A stretch of 64,000 nt of DNA from Candidatus Bathyarchaeia archaeon. GTDB lineage: Archaea; Thermoproteota; Bathyarchaeia; Bathyarchaeales; Bathycorpusculaceae. The stretch spans positions 133,587-197,586 of the forward strand of contig JAVZLM010000002.1 in NCBI GenBank assembly GCA_038883775.1, given 5' to 3'. The notes beneath the pieces are model-generated. The model had not been told where the DNA came from. It saw only the letters and a program-made list of their open reading frames with translations, and made no database searches. Position 1 is the first letter of the stretch; every line of letters starts with the position of its first letter. A program made the position numbers and the translations under genes. Of this stretch, positions 59,476-64,000 are shown piece by piece.

Positions 59476-60372
59476 CTACACTTTGAGTTTTGGATCAAGT
59501 AAATCTCTTAAGCCATCCCCTAACAAATTAAAACCCAACGCTGTAATTACGATAAATATTCCAGGAAAAGTGGCAACCCATGGTGCTACCACAAGCTGAC
59601 TTGCACCCTCAGAAAGCATAGCTCCCCAATCCGGCGTCGGCGGTTGGGCACCAAACCCTAAAAAGCTCAAGGCCGTAGTGGATATTATAGCTGAAGGCAA
59701 CGTTAGTGTTGCTAAAACCAAAATAGTAGACATGATGTTAGGCAAAAGATACCTTAGCATTATGTTCAAGTCTGATTCACCGATTGATCTGGCTGCTAAG
59801 ACGAATTCCCGATTAACCATAGACTGCACCTTGGCTCTAGTTATCCTAGTAAATCCGGGCCAACTTGTAACGGCGATGGCTACAACCACTTGAGTTATTC
59901 CTGGACCTAAAACCATTACAACTCCAAGGGCCAACACTACTGTTGGGAAGGACCACACTATGTCTGTGATTGCTGAGATTAGTTTATCTATTTTGCCGTT
60001 AAAATAGCCTGCTATTATGCCCAAACTTACACCTATCAAGGCTTCAACTAAAACCACAACAAATCCTACCCATAGGGCTATTTGAGCTCCATATACAACT
60101 CGGCTGAAAATGTCTCTTCCAAGCGCATCGGTTCCGAAGGGATGAGCAAGTGATGGAGGTTGAAGCTTGTTGGGCACGTCAGTTTCAGCATAATGTTTTG
60201 GAGCAATTATGGGAGCGAATATGGCGAGAAAAATTATGCTTATAACTATAAACAAGCCGATGCATGAAACTTTATAATGTAGCAGGAGGAAAAGAAATTC
60301 CTTAAGTCTACTTAATCTGAGCACGCTTTTTGTCTCAAATTTTTTAAAAAGAATACTTTTAATGCCTTCCGT
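59476..60372 (-). CDS. Oligopeptide ABC permease (OppC/DppC-like); start uncertain (ACG at 60372 or a downstream GTG)
   Basis: HPFGTDALGRDIFSR, EFVLAARSIG, LSFLGFG..PPTPDWG, NLLGDGLRD. Confidence 0.88.
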   Translation of the reverse strand, partial: TEGIKSILFKKFETKSVLRLSRLKEFLFLLLHYKVSCIGLFIVISIIFLAIFAPIIAPKHYAETDVPNKLQPPSLAHPFGTDALGRDIFSRVVYGAQIALWVGFVVVLVEALIGVSLGIIAGYFNGKIDKLISAITDIVWSFPTVVLALGVVMVLGPGITQVVVAIAVTSWPGFTRITRAKVQSMVNREFVLAARSIGESDLNIMLRYLLPNIMSTILVLATLTLPSAIISTTALSFLGFGAQPPTPDWGAMLSEGASQLVVAPWVATFPGIFIVITALGFNLLGDGLRDLLDPKLKV

Positions 60373-60374
60373 TT

Positions 60375-61313
60375 TTATGCCTCCTTCTCCACTCGAATTC
60401 TCGGATCCAAAAATGCTGCAACAATGTCTCCTAAAATATTGCATAATACTGTTAGGATGGTAATAATAAACACTAAAGCTTGCACAACGGGATAGTCTTG
60501 TCTTATAATAGATTTGTAGAGGAGATTACCCATGCCTGGCCAAGCAAAAACAGTTTCCACTATTACGGCTCCGCCAATGATCCACGGGAGATCTAGGAAA
60601 AACATGACAGTGAGAGGGATTAAAGCGTTCCTGAGGGCGTGCCGCAATATTACTCTCCTTGGTGGAAGCCCCTTAGCCCATGCAGTTCTAACATAATCTT
60701 CTGTCAAAACTTCCAACATCTCCGTTCTTACAATTCTAGCGGACATAGCAACATAAGGTAGAGTAAGCGTAATTAAAGGAAGAACCATTGATTCAAAACC
60801 TGTTGACCCAGATATTGGAAACCATTGGAGGCGCAGTCCAAAAGTGAGCATGAGAATTAATCCAAGCCAATAAGTAGGCATAGAATAGAAAAAGGTTGCA
60901 ACCCCTACTGTTATGTTGTCTACTACAGTGCCTCTTTTTAGAGCCGCAACTACTCCGATTGGGATGCCGAAAAAATAGGATAACACTAATGATGTGAATG
61001 TCAACTGTATGGTGTATGGTACCCTAGACCAGATGAGAAGGGAAACCGGTAATCTTGTTACATAGGAATAGCCAAAATCGCCCATCATTACATGAGATAG
61101 CCAATAAAAATACTGAATGTAAACGGGTTGATCAAGACCCCAACTTCTCCTAAGTTCTTCTATTCTCTCGGGAGTTACTCTTTCACCTGCAATCAGTTTG
61201 ATAGGGTCGCCGGGTAACATTTGCATAAGCAAAAAAATAAAAAGGGATACGAAAAGTATTACTGGTATTCCTATAAGCACTCTTTTTACTGAATAGCGCA
61301 GCAAAGCTGACAA
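60375..61313 (-). CDS. Oligopeptide ABC permease (OppB/DppB-like)
   Basis: PGDP, GLDQP, GDFGYS, DYVRTAWAKG, HALRNAL, ETVFAWPGMG, LDPR. Confidence 0.93.
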   Translation of the reverse strand: MSALLRYSVKRVLIGIPVILFVSLFIFLLMQMLPGDPIKLIAGERVTPERIEELRRSWGLDQPVYIQYFYWLSHVMMGDFGYSYVTRLPVSLLIWSRVPYTIQLTFTSLVLSYFFGIPIGVVAALKRGTVVDNITVGVATFFYSMPTYWLGLILMLTFGLRLQWFPISGSTGFESMVLPLITLTLPYVAMSARIVRTEMLEVLTEDYVRTAWAKGLPPRRVILRHALRNALIPLTVMFFLDLPWIIGGAVIVETVFAWPGMGNLLYKSIIRQDYPVVQALVFIITILTVLCNILGDIVAAFLDPRIRVEKEA

Positions 61314-61319
61314 TTTTGT

Positions 61320-62978
61320 TTATCCGCCCTTCACAACTTTAATCTTAACATCTTGTATGAACAGTGATCCGAATGGCGGCATAACTTTGAGTCCTTCCAC
61401 ACTCTTTCGTACAGCTGTATAGTTAATGTCCACATATAGGGGAAGCCAAGGTGTATCTTCTAACAGTATATTCTGTATTTCCGTGTATAACGCTGTTCTT
61501 TCAGTAGGGCTTAGCGCCGTGGACCTGTCTTCTTCAAAAAGGCTGTCAACTTCTGGATTGCTATATGTGTAATTTCCCATAGTGCTATGCAGAAGGTATG
61601 GCAAAATTCCAGCAGGATCGTGCCAAGAATAGGCTCTTCCTGCAAGGTCAAAATCCCATTCTCTGACTTTAGTTCTGATATAGCTGTAAGCATACTCTTT
61701 ATAGTCAACATCTATGCCCACACCAGCTAATTGAGCTTGAAGTAAAGGTCCAATCCTCTTAAATTTAGGATCATCGTTTGGAATTAGTAATTCAAGTCTT
61801 AATGGTTGTCCATCTTTGTCAACTATTCCATCACCATTGGTGTCTGTCCAACCTGCTTGCGCTAACAGATTTTTAGCTGTTTCATTGTTGTATGCATATG
61901 TTGTACTTGCGTATTCTTCCACTGAGGCATTATAAGTAAGCATAGATGGAGACATATAGCTGTAACATGGCAAAACTGTATCTTCTAAAGTTTCTTTTAT
62001 TTCGTTTCTGTTTATTGCGTACATCAAAGCTTTGCGCACCCTTACATCGTCTAATGGTGGCTTTCTAACGTTGATCGCTAGGTAATCAATGCCGGGAACT
62101 ATGGCCTCGTAAAGTGTTACATCAGGATTAGTTTTTAGGTCTGCCACTGCATCTGAGGGGACTCCCCTTACTATATCTACTGTTCCTGCTAAAAGTTCGC
62201 TTATCCGTGTCAAATCCTCTGGAATAAATCTAATCATTACGGTATCTATGTAGGGGTTTGGTCCTTTGTTTTGGACGAAGGGTAAGTTAGTCTTGTAAAG
62301 ATCATTTCTCTCTAAGAGAACATAGGAACCGTGGACCCATTCTTTAACCTTATAAGGACCAGACCCGACTGGGTTCTGATTGAACGCTGCGTCACCAACT
62401 TGTTCTGCAGCGCTTGCATCTACCACAGCTCCGTAGACAACTGGTATATCGTTAAACCATATATAAACGGGTGGGACATTGCAGACTATCTTTAGAGTAC
62501 GGGAATCTATAACTTCGTATCCTATAACAGCTTCATAATCGCTGCTGTACGGACTTATTTGTCGATATCGTTCTATGCTATCTCTCACAATTTCAGCAGT
62601 AATCGGATTTCCATTAGAAAATTTTGCATCGGCGGGTAAGTATATAGTTATGTTATTTCCTTCCATAACTACATTTGTGGCAAGGTCTGGAACCATTCCC
62701 ATGGTTAAATTGTAGTTCATAAAAGATTGAAAGATCAAGTCATGAACCTCGTTCTCCCCATACATTTGTTGAATGTCCAAGCCATCGGGCTCTTCAGGTA
62801 TTGCTATCACTAAAGTTCTCTTATACTCAACGGGTGGCGGTAAAACGAAATAGTAGACGATTATGCCTATGCCAGCTGCAACTATTATTATTAAAGCAAT
62901 GATTATTGCTTGAATTTTAGTTATAGCCTCTTTAGATTTCAATTTCGCAAGATTTTTTTTAATTGTTGACACCCACAT
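61320..62978 (-). CDS. ABC substrate-binding protein, family 5 (OppA/DppA-like), N-terminally membrane anchored
   Basis: PDLA, KFSNG.PITAE, PVGSGPY, PPLDDVRVRKALMYAINR, AKNLLAQAGW. Confidence 0.92.
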   Translation of the reverse strand: MWVSTIKKNLAKLKSKEAITKIQAIIIALIIIVAAGIGIIVYYFVLPPPVEYKRTLVIAIPEEPDGLDIQQMYGENEVHDLIFQSFMNYNLTMGMVPDLATNVVMEGNNITIYLPADAKFSNGNPITAEIVRDSIERYRQISPYSSDYEAVIGYEVIDSRTLKIVCNVPPVYIWFNDIPVVYGAVVDASAAEQVGDAAFNQNPVGSGPYKVKEWVHGSYVLLERNDLYKTNLPFVQNKGPNPYIDTVMIRFIPEDLTRISELLAGTVDIVRGVPSDAVADLKTNPDVTLYEAIVPGIDYLAINVRKPPLDDVRVRKALMYAINRNEIKETLEDTVLPCYSYMSPSMLTYNASVEEYASTTYAYNNETAKNLLAQAGWTDTNGDGIVDKDGQPLRLELLIPNDDPKFKRIGPLLQAQLAGVGIDVDYKEYAYSYIRTKVREWDFDLAGRAYSWHDPAGILPYLLHSTMGNYTYSNPEVDSLFEEDRSTALSPTERTALYTEIQNILLEDTPWLPLYVDINYTAVRKSVEGLKVMPPFGSLFIQDVKIKVVKGG

Positions 62979-63145
62979 AGTTATTCTTCCTTTTTACCCT
63001 CGCTATATCATGAAAATAGCGGTTACGGTTTAAATGTTTCGCATAGTTATTTAAATTTTAATCAAATTAACACATCTTCTAACAGAAATTTAAACGCTCA
63101 TGAGAACCCCTTCGGATGCAAAATTTAGTTCAAATTTCTCTATTT

Positions 63146-63714
63146 GCTAAAGTTGTTTTGAAAAAGACACAGCGTAAAGGTAGGAAAACCGCCTATGACT
63201 TGATAGGTATATACCATCATGAAGAGAAGATTTCTGTGGATTCTCGGGTTCCGAACAAGTTAATTTTTAAAGCTTTGAAGAAAAAGCCTTAAAGGAATTT
63301 GCTCAATACTCCAAGGTAAGTCTGAACCATTTTATGGGCACATGCGTTTCGATTTTCTTTTAAGCAATTATGGAGAAGCTTTTCTTTTGGAGGTTAAGTC
63401 TTGCACCCTTGTTAAGGAGGGAATAGCCATGTTTCCAAATGCAAAAACGGAAAGGGGAGCTAGGCATGTTATGGAATTGCTTAAAGCCAAAAAGGAGGTT
63501 ATAGAGCTTGTCTGCTCTTCATTATTTAACGAATAGATGCTTATGCCTTTTCGCCCGTTGATGATGTAGACAAAAATTTGGAGAGGCGTTACGAACAGCT
63601 TCTAAAGAGGGCGTGGAAGTATACGTTTACTCTTCTGAGTTTTTGGGAGACAAGATAATGCTCAGAGGAAGAGTCAGGGTGAAAGCGTTAGTTATAGGCG
63701 TTTATTTCCAATAA
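63146..63714 (+). pseudogene. sfsA: Decayed sfsA (sugar fermentation stimulation / nuclease) pseudogene
   Basis: Fragments RKTAYDL..VDSRVPN, RFDFLL..LEVKSCTL...FP.A.TERGARH..EL, GYRACLLF, FGEALR..GVEV; about four frameshifts, one in-frame TAA and no N-terminus. Confidence 0.85.
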
Positions 63715-63735
63715 TTTATGGCTTAGCAGAGAGCA

Positions 63736-63762
63736 AAATTGATAGCCCCTCTCTAGAATTTT
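63736..63762 (+). repeat. Dispersed intergenic repeat, copy 2 (AAATTGATAGCCCCTCTCTAGAATTTT)
   Basis: Matches 7655-7682. Confidence 0.55.
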
Positions 63763-64000
63763 AGGGTGTTTCGTTGTTTTGTTCAATTTTTGCATCATCT
63801 TTGTCAAAGATTAGGTATGTTGTCACGTTTGTTTTGTCTATGCCGTGCCAGTTGTAAGTGTTTCCTATGGAAATCAGTTTTTGTGCTGGCGCCACTATAT
63901 TATAGTTATTATATTGTGGGTTATGTTCAAATAATGCGCCAATTAAGACTATTGTTTCTGCACATGGGTTTAAGCTGCTATAAATGTTTGGACTGGTATC
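63761..64000 (-). CDS. C-terminal 79 aa of a hypothetical protein running off the window
   Basis: Uninterrupted frame from 64000 (DTSPNIYSSLNPC...EQNNETP) to TAA at 63761-63763. Confidence 0.55.
   Translation of the reverse strand, partial: DTSPNIYSSLNPCAETIVLIGALFEHNPQYNNYNIVAPAQKLISIGNTYNWHGIDKTNVTTYLIFDKDDAKIEQNNETP

Noticed and set aside
1-64000. tRNA, rRNA, CRISPR array, transposase or integrase
   Set aside because: None recognised by eye; intergenic gaps are short and AT-rich. A covariance-model search would be needed to exclude small RNAs

Overview
Gene-dense archaeal chromosome segment of roughly 40% GC (by eye). Gene content (split GcvP, ADP-forming acyl-CoA ligase, TrmI, Fae, methanogenesis marker 8, MtrH-like, tungsten AOR, several non-pyrrolysine MttB homologs) best fits Bathyarchaeia; this taxon call is an inference. 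1-25 kb is mostly housekeeping and metabolic genes, including an unusual DapA-type aldolase/formaldehyde-activating enzyme (Fae) fusion. 25.2-29.8 kb is an AT-rich cassette: two divergent PadR regulators, a polyprenyl-synthase-fold enzyme that keeps the first DDxxD motif but has lost the IPP-binding motifs (ComQ-like), an unannotated 16-aa ORF (MEKRKRPKPFRPTGWW) with its own SD, TATA and operator palindrome, an MFS transporter and a frameshifted radical SAM/SPASM gene. This is the best candidate for an undescribed system: an archaeal Trp-prenylated peptide signal or RiPP. 29.8-63 kb is a catabolic island for methylated amines, amino acids and peptides (3 MttB, 2 corrinoid proteins, corrinoid reactivase, MtrH-like, AOR, atypical proline racemase with OCD, BKACE, peptidases, APC and Opp transporters). 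It shows apparent ACG and ATA start codons and ends at a decayed sfsA pseudogene. No rRNA, tRNA, CRISPR array or transposase was recognised. All assignments come from motif recognition by eye; no database searches were run.
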